Shown: positions 1-9,318 of the stretch, piece by piece
How positions within the stretch are numbered: the stretch's first letter is position 1
Layout: each line of letters opens with the position of its first letter
Assembly (NCBI RefSeq): GCF_003428155.1
Contig: NZ_QLIR01000002.1
Location: 60,001-92,000 of the forward strand
DNA: 32,000 nt
Source: Fastidiosibacter lacustris
GTDB taxonomy: Bacteria > Pseudomonadota > Gammaproteobacteria > Francisellales > Francisellaceae
Reading direction: 5' to 3'
Translations under genes and position numbers: made by a program
The notes under the pieces: generated by a model
Databases searched by the model: none
Told to the model about the DNA's origin: nothing
The model's input: the letters and a program-made list of their open reading frames with translations, nothing else

Positions 1-260
1 ACTATAGCTATACCTGCTTTTAGTCAAGTACATAAAAGTTAACAACGCCTTAAATAGTATATATTTTTTCATTGATGATTCACCGAAAGTAATTTATGTG
101 CCTTATCTTTTCTCATCAACCGATATTATAGAGCTTTCAGAGAGTCTTAAACAAAACTTATATCCTGTTAAAATAGCATATAAGTGAGGAGAACGCTCTT
201 TATTGTTATTTGAGTACGTTATATACTCAAACCAGTCAAGGATAATAAAGTGAGGATGCT

Positions 261-1073
261 ATGGTCAAAGCAGCAGTAATTCAAATGAGCTCTTGTCTGG
301 CAGTGGGTATTAATTTATTGACGTTGAAGCGCATGGTTGAGCGTGCAGCAAGTGCAGGTGCTAAGCTTATTATTTTTCCTGATAGATGTACTCTTTTTTC
401 TGTTAACGCAACTGATTATGACATCAATAAGGAGGTTTTAGGTGAAGGAAGAATACAGGATTATATTCAAAAATTAAGTCGCGAGAATGACGTTTGGATT
501 ATTGCCAGTGGGATTCCCATCGTATCTGAATATAGTAAGTTAAAATATTATTTGGCTACGGTCGTTTACAATGACTTGGGAAATTTAATAGAAGTATATT
601 ACCAATTACCACCTACGTTACCTGCTGTGTTTCAATGGACGCATATGTTGTTGCAAAACCAAGAGTATGGAGAGTTTGTCAAAATTGTTCAAACACCGTT
701 TGCGAACATTGGACTTAGCACAACGTATGACATATTTTGTCCAGAAATTTTTCGTTACCTCAAGAGGCAAGGCGCTGATGTATTTGTATTAAGTGCGGCG
801 ATGGGTAGTGATTTGGGTGTACACGCTTGGACTATGTTATTGAAAACCCGTGCATTGGAAAACAGTACGATGATTTTAGCAGCTAATCAAAGTGGTTTTC
901 ATGAAGATGCAAATATGCTTTCGCATGGTAATTCTGCGATTATAGATGATAGAGGTCAAGTTGTTGACAGTGTCGAAATTGGTGAAAAAGTACTTGTTGT
1001 TGAGCTGAATTGTAATTCTTTTAAAAATATTTGTTTTGATCAAAATCCATTCCAGTTACAATATCGCAGATAG
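261..1073 (+). CDS. carbon-nitrogen hydrolase (nitrilase superfamily) family protein, probably catalytically degenerate
   Basis: The 270-aa ORF has the nitrilase-superfamily layout: N-terminal VIQM, then LIIFPD, GLSTTYDIFCPE and TRALEN blocks, colinear with E. coli YafV-type proteins. The positions of the Glu/Lys/Cys triad appear to read D/Q/T (see findings). Confidence 0.7.
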   Translation: MVKAAVIQMSSCLAVGINLLTLKRMVERAASAGAKLIIFPDRCTLFSVNATDYDINKEVLGEGRIQDYIQKLSRENDVWIIASGIPIVSEYSKLKYYLATVVYNDLGNLIEVYYQLPPTLPAVFQWTHMLLQNQEYGEFVKIVQTPFANIGLSTTYDIFCPEIFRYLKRQGADVFVLSAAMGSDLGVHAWTMLLKTRALENSTMILAANQSGFHEDANMLSHGNSAIIDDRGQVVDSVEIGEKVLVVELNCNSFKNICFDQNPFQLQYRR

Positions 1074-1129
1074 TTCTTAAACGAGGTGTCATTTATTTGT
1101 ACGCCTCATTTTTTTAAAGAAGGTTAAAT

Positions 1130-2461
1130 ATGCAATTACATATGCCAAAAGTAGGTTTTTTGAGCTTAGGCTGCCCTAAAAATTTAGTTGATTCTGAACG
1201 TATTATTACCAAGCTTAAAACAGATGGTTATGAAATCGCAGCTGACTATGCCAACGCAGACTTAGTTGTTGTCAATACATGTGGCTTTTTGAACTCAGCA
1301 ATTGAGGAATCACTTGATGCAATTAAAGAGGCTTTGGATGAAAATGGCAAAGTGCTGGTTACAGGGTGTCCTGGCAAAAAGTCCGAGATGATTTTAGAAA
1401 GATATCCTGATGTATTGGGTGTTTCAGGTCCACAAGATTATGAAAACTTGATAAAAGCAGTGCATAAGCATTTGCCAATTGAACATCATGCCTTTACCTC
1501 TCTTGTGCCAGCACAGGGGATTAAGCTTACACCACGTCATTATGCATATTTAAAGATATCAGAGGGTTGTAACAATAGTTGTACTTTCTGCATTATTCCA
1601 GATATTCGTGGTAAGCTAAAGTCACGTAGGATTGATGATGTGATGATGGAAGCAAAACGCCTAGTCAATGCAGGTGTTAAGGAATTGTTAATTATCTCTC
1701 AAGATACCAGTGCTTATGGGGTGGATATTAAATATGAACAAGCAAAGTGGAACGATGAAGTGTATCAAAGTCGTTTTGTTGATTTAGCGCAAGCACTATC
1801 AACGCTAGGGGTATGGGTGCGGATGCATTACGTTTACCCTTATCCTCATGTCGATAAAGTTATCCCTTTAATGGCAGAAGGTAAGATTGCACCATATTTA
1901 GACATTCCCTTTCAACATGCCTCAGCACGTATTCTAAAGCTTATGAAGCGTCCAGCCAATGCAACCAATACACTTGCTACCATTAAGCGTTGGCGTGAAA
2001 TGTGTCCTGATCTTACAATTCGTAGTACTTTTATTGTTGGTTTTCCTGGAGAAACTGAGCAAGAATTTGAAGAACTTTTAGCTTTCCTGGAAGAAGCAGA
2101 GCTTGATCGCGTAGGTTGCTTTAGCTATTCGGAGGTTGAAGGTGCTCAAGCAAACGATTTACCAGGTCTAGTTGCAGAAGAAATAAAGCAAACGCGTTTA
2201 GAGCGTTTTATGTTGGTGCAATCTAAAATAAGTGCCAAACGTCTTAAACGTCATATTGGTAGTGTACAAAAAGTTATTATTGATGAAATCCGTCATGATG
2301 AAGGTATTGCACTTGCACGCACGCAATATGATGCACCAGAGGTCGATGGCGTTGTGATTATTGACAATATCAGTAACAAACAGCTTTCTAAGGGTTTGTT
2401 TGTGAATGTTGAGATTATACAAGCCAATCAACATGATTTGTTTGCACGACTTACTAAGTAA
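1130..2461 (+). CDS. rimO: ribosomal protein S12 methylthiotransferase RimO
   Basis: The N-terminus has the MTTase block ([21 protein letters not shown]). The radical-SAM CxxxCxxC motif is present ([13 protein letters not shown]). The C-terminus is TRAM-like, and the 443-aa length fits. GAAGG lies 6-7 nt before the ATG. Confidence 0.93.
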   Translation: MQLHMPKVGFLSLGCPKNLVDSERIITKLKTDGYEIAADYANADLVVVNTCGFLNSAIEESLDAIKEALDENGKVLVTGCPGKKSEMILERYPDVLGVSGPQDYENLIKAVHKHLPIEHHAFTSLVPAQGIKLTPRHYAYLKISEGCNNSCTFCIIPDIRGKLKSRRIDDVMMEAKRLVNAGVKELLIISQDTSAYGVDIKYEQAKWNDEVYQSRFVDLAQALSTLGVWVRMHYVYPYPHVDKVIPLMAEGKIAPYLDIPFQHASARILKLMKRPANATNTLATIKRWREMCPDLTIRSTFIVGFPGETEQEFEELLAFLEEAELDRVGCFSYSEVEGAQANDLPGLVAEEIKQTRLERFMLVQSKISAKRLKRHIGSVQKVIIDEIRHDEGIALARTQYDAPEVDGVVIIDNISNKQLSKGLFVNVEIIQANQHDLFARLTK

Positions 2462-2672
2462 ATCATTAGTTATATGCGTTGCATAATGCACAAAAGCCTT
2501 GAAATGTTTTAGATATAGTTGATTTGAGTATTAGATTCAATGCATCTTACGGGAGCTTATATTATAAAAATATAAAAAATAAATTGAATTTATGAGTAGA
2601 GGTACTTTAGAATTTTGAACCAAAGTGGTTTTGGATTTAGCTTTTGTAAACAGAAGTACTCAAGGAGAAAGT

Positions 2673-2873
2673 ATGCGTTTTATAAATACAGTTTTGATGT
2701 TACTTACGATTATTGGTGGCTTTAATTGGTTCACTTTTGCGGTATTTAACTTTAATATTATTGCAACTATTTTTAGTAATTCAGCAGTAGGGCAAAAAAT
2801 AGTTTATGTCATTGTTGGTTTGTCAGCTTTGTACTGTTTAAGCTTGATTAAGGTAGTTTATAAGAGTAAATAA
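2673..2873 (+). CDS. small DUF378-like membrane protein
   Basis: This is a two-TM small protein (IIGGFNWFTFAVFNFNII) resembling the DUF378 family. I place the start at the ATG at 2673, preceded by AAGGAGAAAGT, rather than the GTG at 2625 given in the ORF track. Confidence 0.6.
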   Translation: MRFINTVLMLLTIIGGFNWFTFAVFNFNIIATIFSNSAVGQKIVYVIVGLSALYCLSLIKVVYKSK

Positions 2874-3058
2874 GTTTTCAGTATGAAAGCCTGTTGTAAA
2901 ATTAGTTATTTTGATTAGAGAAGGATAACGTTACCTTCACCCATGTAATGATGAGTTAGCTGATTTCTTAGTGATGATTGAGGCAATTACTCCAAGTATA
3001 TCCCAGGGATGTATCACAACATAAGTAGGGGTAGTACGCAAAAGGTTGGGCATACTTT

Positions 3059-3619
3059 CTAGCATGTAGAATTTTCATTAAAAGGATTAGAAATAGTCCT
3101 ATGAGACTTTCCCAGTACATTATCCTTATTACTGTCACTATTGCTTGGAAGATTTAAAATATAATCTGCTATTTCGGCTTTTTTAAGAAACTCCTCCTGT
3201 GACATTGCCATTAAGCGAGAAAAACCTGGATGATCTGTAGAAATTTGTTCTTTCACCAATTCCTTAAATTCATCCAAGCTCATTAGAGAATTATTCCCTT
3301 TCACCGAACCAAAATCAAAATCATATTGACCTGCTTCTTTAGCCTGCTCTGAAGTTACACCGTGAAAGACCGCAAAAGGCTCAAGAGCATCTGGATATAA
3401 TTTGATGTAGTACTCCATAAAATTGATATTTCTGAAATCGTTGATGTAACCAGTTACTGTTTGATTTTGATGAAGACGGTATGCATTTTGATTTCGAAGA
3501 TATGAGGCAGGATAATCGCTATTATCGTTAACCATTCCTGTGTGGTCTATCCCCGCATAGGCATAATGAATAGTGCTAAATGTGATTAATGCTGCGACGC
3601 TGTATATTGTCCTTTTCAT
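3059..3619 (-). CDS. hypothetical secreted protein
   Basis: The 186-aa ORF has a clear Sec signal peptide (MKRTIYSVAALITFSTIHYAYA). AGGAAAGGAAAAGC lies upstream of the ATG on the minus strand. I recognise no family. Confidence 0.5.
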   Translation of the reverse strand: MKRTIYSVAALITFSTIHYAYAGIDHTGMVNDNSDYPASYLRNQNAYRLHQNQTVTGYINDFRNINFMEYYIKLYPDALEPFAVFHGVTSEQAKEAGQYDFDFGSVKGNNSLMSLDEFKELVKEQISTDHPGFSRLMAMSQEEFLKKAEIADYILNLPSNSDSNKDNVLGKSHRTISNPFNENSTC

Positions 3620-3791
3620 GTTGCTTTTCCTTTCTGAACTAAATTAAACCAATGAAGAAAGGTCATCTCCCTTTCTCACTATCGAATGGTAATAAAAAAA
3701 AGCATGAGGTCAATAGGTTGCAAACCATAAAAAATAATTATCCATAATCATTGTAAAATCTGGTAGAGTTTTATTTTAACTTGAAAGCATT

Positions 3792-4706
3792 ATGTCTATA
3801 CTTGCGAGACTGCTTGGTATTATACGTTTAAGATTTATGTGGAAAAAAACCGTTATTTTATCGACGTTTGTTGTTATGAGTGCAGCTGTTGTATTTGCAG
3901 GTGAAGTATCACTGCCCTCAGCTAAGTTTAACTTTCAAGTAAACACGATTTCATCGGATTCAACCTATAAGCCTTTCCTTGCTTTTGTTGATAATGAGAA
4001 GACATATATTCGTTTTCCTCCAACCGTAACAAATGATAACATGCCAATTATTTTAGTAGATCAACTAGGTGATGCTAATACACCGATCATTTTGTGGCAA
4101 CAAGGATACGTTGTAATCAATCAGCCTTCTAGTCATATTAAAATTTATAATCCTAAAACAAAAAAGCTTATTTATGATTTGACTTTCCCCGAGCAGTTTA
4201 ATTATGCGGTTGTGCCACCTTCACCTAGAATTTTGCCTTATGAGTATGCTGGTTTCTTCGTTGGAGCAACTGTTGGAGCATCAAATATAGATGGTAAAGG
4301 CATATCAGCTGCCGGTGGTATGAAGGCAGGTTATGATTGGCATTTCTTGAAAGGATTTTTGGCTGGATTTGAATTTGGCTTTAACTATGATGGTAAAGTG
4401 TCAAAAGATTCTGTTAACTATAAGAGCTGGAATATAAATACAATGCTAAGAGCAAAATATTTGTTCCAATCTGGGTTTAGCGTTACAGGTAAAGCAGGTA
4501 TAGCATACGTCAAAAATAGTCAATCTACCCCAGCTGGAGCAGCAAGTAATAGCATACGGAATACAGTTGCCCCTCGATTTGGTGCGGAAGTGGGTTATTT
4601 GTTTACCAATGGAATTGGTTTAAATTTAGAATACGATCATTTATTCTCAAGTTCGAAAGTACTCTCATTAAATAGTTTTCGGTTTGGGGTTTCGTATATT
4701 TTTTAA
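3792..4706 (+). CDS. outer-membrane beta-barrel protein with VirB9/TrbG-like N-terminal segment
   Basis: It has a signal peptide; the true start may be M16 at 3837 (MWKKTVILSTFVVMSAAVVFA). The C-terminal ~150 aa alternate aromatic and glycine residues in a beta-strand pattern and end in the OMP signature FGVSYIF. The N-terminal part (FLAFVDNEKTYIRFPPTVTNDNMPIILV...GYVVINQ) resembles the VirB9/TrbG/CagX N-domain. Confidence 0.6.
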   Translation: MSILARLLGIIRLRFMWKKTVILSTFVVMSAAVVFAGEVSLPSAKFNFQVNTISSDSTYKPFLAFVDNEKTYIRFPPTVTNDNMPIILVDQLGDANTPIILWQQGYVVINQPSSHIKIYNPKTKKLIYDLTFPEQFNYAVVPPSPRILPYEYAGFFVGATVGASNIDGKGISAAGGMKAGYDWHFLKGFLAGFEFGFNYDGKVSKDSVNYKSWNINTMLRAKYLFQSGFSVTGKAGIAYVKNSQSTPAGAASNSIRNTVAPRFGAEVGYLFTNGIGLNLEYDHLFSSSKVLSLNSFRFGVSYIF

Positions 4707-4741
4707 GAGCTTTGTAAAAAATGCAAATATGGAGTTTGTTT

Positions 4742-5482
4742 ATGAAAATTGCTACAACCCTTGTTTTATTGACACTAACGAGCACACTTCTATATGCAAA
4801 AGAAAATAATAAAATCAGTGTGGATTATGCTTTGGGTGATTATTACTACCCCTACATTGATAAGGGGCAAACAGATAATGGTTGCTTGACACGTTTTGTG
4901 ACAAAAGTATTTAAGAGTCAAGGTATTGAGCTTGGAGAGATACGCTGGTTACCATGGAGCGTGGCATTAAAAAGTTTAAATTATACAAAATCTGCTGTTG
5001 TTTCGTTTCCATGGAGTTACACAAAAGAGCGTGCCAAGGATTATTTGTACAGTGATATTTTATATACTAAGCAAGCCTATATTTGGGCGTTAACTGAACA
5101 AAAAGATAAGTTAATTGACTTTACCAAGCTTAATGGTCAAAAGGTTTGTATTCCACAAGGTTATGGTGCCTATGGTCAGATGAAAAGCATGTTTGAAGCA
5201 AACAAAGCTATGCGTATTACGACACCAACGATGCAAGATTGTTTTAATCAATTAAAAAACAAGCAAGTCATAGCGGTTTATGCAGGTGATGATGCTATGA
5301 AGAACATGAAAAACGTTGATAAATCTGCAAATATGCTTTTTGCAAAAGCATTTGCTGCTGATATGCAAACGCATTATTTGATCGCAGGAAAAAGTAATTT
5401 TTTATCGGTTAAGCTAATTTCGGCTTTTAACAAAGGCTTGGAAGTGAATAAATTTGACTTTGATAAATATTGTAAGCAATAG
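4742..5482 (+). CDS. periplasmic solute-binding protein, family 3-like (orphan)
   Basis: The signal peptide is MKIATTLVLLTLTSTLLYA, and the ATG at 4742 follows TGGAG. The pattern YYPY...G...F...WLPW...ERAKDYLYSD is typical of SBP_bac_3-type orphan binding proteins. There is no adjacent permease or ATPase. Confidence 0.55.
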   Translation: MKIATTLVLLTLTSTLLYAKENNKISVDYALGDYYYPYIDKGQTDNGCLTRFVTKVFKSQGIELGEIRWLPWSVALKSLNYTKSAVVSFPWSYTKERAKDYLYSDILYTKQAYIWALTEQKDKLIDFTKLNGQKVCIPQGYGAYGQMKSMFEANKAMRITTPTMQDCFNQLKNKQVIAVYAGDDAMKNMKNVDKSANMLFAKAFAADMQTHYLIAGKSNFLSVKLISAFNKGLEVNKFDFDKYCKQ

Positions 5483-5656
5483 CGTTAGCATGCATTGATC
5501 AATCTTGAGAATCACAAGATATATCAGTTCTCTAAAATTAAGAAGTTGTTAATAAGCATTTTATATTAATTATTAAATAATAATATATTTTAATTTGTTC
5601 TATGGGTTTGATACTATCAGTGACAAATTAAGAACTGTTTATTAAAGGTTAAGATC

Positions 5657-7078
5657 ATGAAAAATGTAAAAGTGGCAATAGTTGGTGCAGGGACTGCAGG
5701 ACTTTCAGCCAGAGCTCAAGTTGCACAAGTAACGGATGATTATGTTGTAATTGATGGGGGTTATATGGGTACTACTTGCGCACGTGTTGGCTGTATGCCA
5801 TCGAAAGTACTGATTCAAGCGGCAAATGACTTTGATCGTCGGAAAGTGTTTACCAGTGAGGGAATCTACGGGGCAGAGTATTTACAAGTAGATCATCATC
5901 AGGTAATGCAATTTGTACGTAAATTAAGAGATAGGTTTGTTCGAGGTGTTATAACTGATATGCAAGGATGGCAACAAGAGAAACTCATCAATGAATATGT
6001 ACATTTTGTTGATTCCCATACTTTGCAAACAGAAAGCGGTCTGAAAATAAGAGCAGAAAAAATTATTGTAGCAACGGGATCAAAGCCAATTATACCAAAA
6101 TCATGGCAAGTTTTTAACCGTCATATTATTGATACTAACCAGTTTTTCGAACTTGAAGATTTACCCGAAAGGATGGTGGTTATTGGACTAGGGATTATTG
6201 GTATTGAATTAGGACAGGCTTTAGCTAAGTTAGGTATTGATGTGACGTTGGTTGGATTAGGTAAAAGTATAGGTGGTTTAAGTGATCCTGTCATTCAGGA
6301 ATATGTGGCATCTAAATATGTAGAACAGCTCAATATTTCTTTTAATGGCGCGAACCTGATTGGGATTGATCACAATGATAAGCTGCAAGTTGAAATAGAA
6401 GGCAAAATTAAATTATTTGATAAGGCATTACTAGCAATGGGACGCACTCCTAACTTAAGCCAGCTTAAGCTTGAGGTATTGGGCTTGTCATTAGATAAAG
6501 GCATTCCACGCTATAGCGAAACAACCTATCAACTACAGCAGCAACCACATATTTATTTAGTTGGTGATGGTAATGCTCAGCGTCCGCTATTACATGAAGC
6601 AGCAGACCAAGGTAGGATCGCAGGCTTTAACGCTGTGCGTGCAGATAGTCAATGTTTTACAAAACGCGTAGCTTTAGCAATTACATTCAGCGATCCTAAT
6701 ATTGCAACAGTCGGCATGCGTTACCAAGAAATCATCAGTAGTGATATAGATTTTGTCATAGGTAAAGTTAGCTTTGAAGGGCAAGGGCGCAGTATCGTTA
6801 AATCAAAAGAACAGGGTCTATTGCATCTTTATGCCAGAAAATCAGATGGTAAGTTGTTAGGTGTAGAACTACAGGCTCCTGAAGGAGAGCATTTGGCACA
6901 TCTGTTGGCATGGGCGATTGCCAATCAGATGACAGTTGATGAAGTTTTGACGATGCCATTTTATCATCCTGTTATTGAAGAAGGTGTGCGCACCGCATTA
7001 AGAGATGCCTCCAAGCAGTTGGCGACTAAGGAGCATGATTTAGAGCTGTTTCGGTGTAGTGATATGCCAATTCGGTAA
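5657..7078 (+). CDS. dihydrolipoyl dehydrogenase family FAD-dependent pyridine nucleotide-disulfide oxidoreductase
   Basis: FAD fold is IVGAGTAGL, the redox-active disulfide is TCARVGCMPSK, the NAD fold is VIGLGIIGIELG, and the C-terminal dimerisation block contains HPVIEEG. No E1 or E2 genes are adjacent, so I assign no specific lpd symbol. Confidence 0.8.
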   Translation: MKNVKVAIVGAGTAGLSARAQVAQVTDDYVVIDGGYMGTTCARVGCMPSKVLIQAANDFDRRKVFTSEGIYGAEYLQVDHHQVMQFVRKLRDRFVRGVITDMQGWQQEKLINEYVHFVDSHTLQTESGLKIRAEKIIVATGSKPIIPKSWQVFNRHIIDTNQFFELEDLPERMVVIGLGIIGIELGQALAKLGIDVTLVGLGKSIGGLSDPVIQEYVASKYVEQLNISFNGANLIGIDHNDKLQVEIEGKIKLFDKALLAMGRTPNLSQLKLEVLGLSLDKGIPRYSETTYQLQQQPHIYLVGDGNAQRPLLHEAADQGRIAGFNAVRADSQCFTKRVALAITFSDPNIATVGMRYQEIISSDIDFVIGKVSFEGQGRSIVKSKEQGLLHLYARKSDGKLLGVELQAPEGEHLAHLLAWAIANQMTVDEVLTMPFYHPVIEEGVRTALRDASKQLATKEHDLELFRCSDMPIR

Positions 7079-7268
7079 ATCTGCTGAATTATAATTGTAG
7101 AGTTCAGTTTTTATATGCTATGGTTTGAGGCATTAAGAGAGATTGCAAATTTTTGTTGTGAAGTCATCGCGACAAGGTGGGTGATATATTATAATATGCA
7201 GTCAGAACTACCTAAGTGGTCAGATTACAAAGGTTAAAACAGACTAAATCAATAGGGATTACACTTGC

Positions 7269-9194
7269 ATGAAGAAAAATGAATTTTTGCGAAATGCACT
7301 GTTCTGGGGGCTTATTGCCATTGGATTAGTGTTTATTTTTAGCAATATGAGTACTAAGACAGATTCATCAACAGCGATGAAGTACTCAAGCTTTATTCAA
7401 CAACTTAATAGTGGCAGCATTCAATCGGTCATGGTTGATGGACGTACTTTTATCGGTACGACGGATACAGGAGAAAAGTTTACAACTTATGCTCCATTAC
7501 TTGATCAAAGCATTGTTGATCAAATGCTGAGTAAGAATACGGAGGTTTCAGCTAAAGCGCCTGAGAAACCAAGTTTACTATTGGCATTTTTATTTAATTG
7601 GCTACCACTTTTATTGATTGCTGGTTTCTTTATTTTTCTGATGATGCGTGCAGGCGGTGGCAAAAGTGGAGCTTTTTCATTTGGTAAGAGTAAGGCCAAG
7701 CTTTTAGGTGAAGACCAAATTAAGGTTACACTTGCTGATGTCGCTGGTGTCGATGAAGCAAAAGAAGAGGTCAGTGAAATTGTGGATTTCTTAAAAAATC
7801 CGGCTAAATACGAAAAAATTGGCGGTAAAATTCCTAAAGGTGTATTAATGGTGGGACCTCCTGGGACAGGTAAAACGCTATTAGCGCGTGCGATTGCAGG
7901 TGAAGCTAAAGTTCCGTTTTTCTCAATTTCAGGTTCCGATTTCGTTGAAATGTTTGTTGGGGTTGGCGCATCTCGAGTTCGAGACATGTTTGAACAAGCA
8001 AAAAGACGTGCACCTTGTATTATTTTTATTGATGAAATTGATGCTGTTGGACGTCATCGTGGCGCAGGTCTAGGAGGTGGACACGATGAGCGTGAACAAA
8101 CGTTAAACCAAATGCTCGTTGAAATGGATGGTTTTGCCGATAATGAAGGTGTGATTGTCATTGCTGCAACTAACCGTCCTGATGTTTTAGATCCTGCGTT
8201 ATTGCGTCCTGGTCGTTTTGACAGACAAGTAACGGTTGGTTTACCAAGTGTCAAAGGTCGTGAGCAGATTCTTAAAGTACATATGCGTAAAGTAGCAGTT
8301 GGCGAGGAGGTGCGTGTTGATTGGATTGCGCGCGGCACATCTGGTTTCTCAGGGGCTGAGCTTGCTAACTTGGTCAATGAAGCTGCTCTTTTTGCTGCAC
8401 GTTCCAACAAAGAAATTGTTGGAATGGAGGAGTTTGAAAAGGCGAAAGACAAAATCTTAATGGGAGCAGAACGCCGTTCTATGGCAATGAGTGATGAGCA
8501 AAAACGCTTAACTGCGTATCATGAAGCAGGACACGCTATTGTTGGTCGTTTGGTGCCAGATCATGATCCTGTGTATAAAGTGAGCATTATCCCTAGAGGA
8601 CGCGCATTAGGCGTTACAATGTATTTACCAGATGGTGATCAAGTCAGTCAATCGCGTGAACAACTACTTAGTCGATTATCGAGCATCTTTGGTGGGCGGA
8701 TTGCAGAAGAGCTTATTTTTGGCTATGACAAGGTGACAACTGGAGCTTCAAATGATATTCAAGTTGCAACTAATATTGCTAGAAGCATGGTTACAAAATG
8801 GGGGTTATCAAACAAGATGGGACCAATCTTGTTTGACGAGGATGATCAGCAACCATTTTTAGGGCAAAGTATGAGTAAAAGCCCTAAACATTTCTCAGAT
8901 AAAACCGCGTTAGATATTGACGAGGAAGTACGTCGCTTGATTGATGAAAATTATGCAAGGGCAGAAAAAATCCTACGTGAGAACGTTGACATTCTCCATG
9001 CTATGGCAGAGGCGTTGATGAAATATGAAACGATTGATTCAATGCAAGTAGATGACTTAATGGCGCGTCGTGAAGTCAGAGAACCAGGTGACTGGGGAGA
9101 TAGTTATGTTCCTAAAGAGGAAAAGCAAACTATAGCAAATAGACCAAGAAACAATGAATCATCTAATGTGTCAGAAACCACTCTAAAAGAGTAA
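7269..9194 (+). CDS. ftsH: ATP-dependent zinc metalloprotease FtsH
   Basis: Two N-terminal TM helices are present. Walker A is GPPGTGKT, Walker B is IIFIDEID, the second region of homology is [19 protein letters not shown], and the zinc site is HEAGHA. Length is 641 aa. Confidence 0.97.
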   Translation: MKKNEFLRNALFWGLIAIGLVFIFSNMSTKTDSSTAMKYSSFIQQLNSGSIQSVMVDGRTFIGTTDTGEKFTTYAPLLDQSIVDQMLSKNTEVSAKAPEKPSLLLAFLFNWLPLLLIAGFFIFLMMRAGGGKSGAFSFGKSKAKLLGEDQIKVTLADVAGVDEAKEEVSEIVDFLKNPAKYEKIGGKIPKGVLMVGPPGTGKTLLARAIAGEAKVPFFSISGSDFVEMFVGVGASRVRDMFEQAKRRAPCIIFIDEIDAVGRHRGAGLGGGHDEREQTLNQMLVEMDGFADNEGVIVIAATNRPDVLDPALLRPGRFDRQVTVGLPSVKGREQILKVHMRKVAVGEEVRVDWIARGTSGFSGAELANLVNEAALFAARSNKEIVGMEEFEKAKDKILMGAERRSMAMSDEQKRLTAYHEAGHAIVGRLVPDHDPVYKVSIIPRGRALGVTMYLPDGDQVSQSREQLLSRLSSIFGGRIAEELIFGYDKVTTGASNDIQVATNIARSMVTKWGLSNKMGPILFDEDDQQPFLGQSMSKSPKHFSDKTALDIDEEVRRLIDENYARAEKILRENVDILHAMAEALMKYETIDSMQVDDLMARREVREPGDWGDSYVPKEEKQTIANRPRNNESSNVSETTLKE

Positions 9195-9223
9195 ACTACA
9201 CCTTTTTAACTTGTGGGAAAATT

Positions 9224-9249
9224 GGCTATTCGGCTTAAGTAGTTGATTT
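9224..9249. repeat. terminal inverted repeat (transposase-proximal end)
   Basis: The sequence is GGCTATTCGGCTTAAGTAGTTGATTT, with its outer end 95 nt from the transposase stop codon. It matches the reverse complement of 18169..18194 at 24 of 26 positions. Confidence 0.7.
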
Positions 9250-9318
9250 CATCAAATGATTTTTGTATGCGGCATATAAGGTTGATATATCCTGTCCAAA
9301 ATATTGTTGATCATTTTC

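Noticed and set aside
1-81. A possible 5' end of a minus-strand gene running off the window (MKKYILFKALLTFMYLTKSRYSYS...), with GGTGA upstream of the ATG at 81.
   Set aside because: Only 27 codons are visible and there is no recognisable family. This is not enough evidence to report as a feature.
210-230. A 7-bp-stem inverted repeat, TTGAGTA-N7-TACTCAA, just upstream of the C-N hydrolase gene.
   Set aside because: It is short and has no flanking U-tract on either strand. It is too small to distinguish from chance in AT-rich intergenic DNA.
2198-2491. A 97-aa minus-strand ORF overlapping the 3' end of rimO.
   Set aside because: It is antisense to the conserved RimO TRAM domain, has no RBS and no recognisable family. 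It is a shadow ORF.
7520-8452. Two long minus-strand ORFs (7520..7987 and 8054..8452), plus a plus-strand ORF at 7888..8073, all inside ftsH.
   Set aside because: They lie entirely inside, mostly antisense to, the unambiguous FtsH coding frame. Their products are low-complexity (P/S/A/R-rich) and carry no start signals. They are typical shadow ORFs of a conserved gene.
9216-9223. An 8-bp target-site duplication flanking the putative transposon (9216..9223 against 18195..18202).
   Set aside because: The left flank GGAAAATT and the right flank TTAATTAG do not match, and shifting the boundary by 1-4 nt does not rescue a duplication. I therefore do not claim a TSD, and this weakens the case for a single-step insertion.
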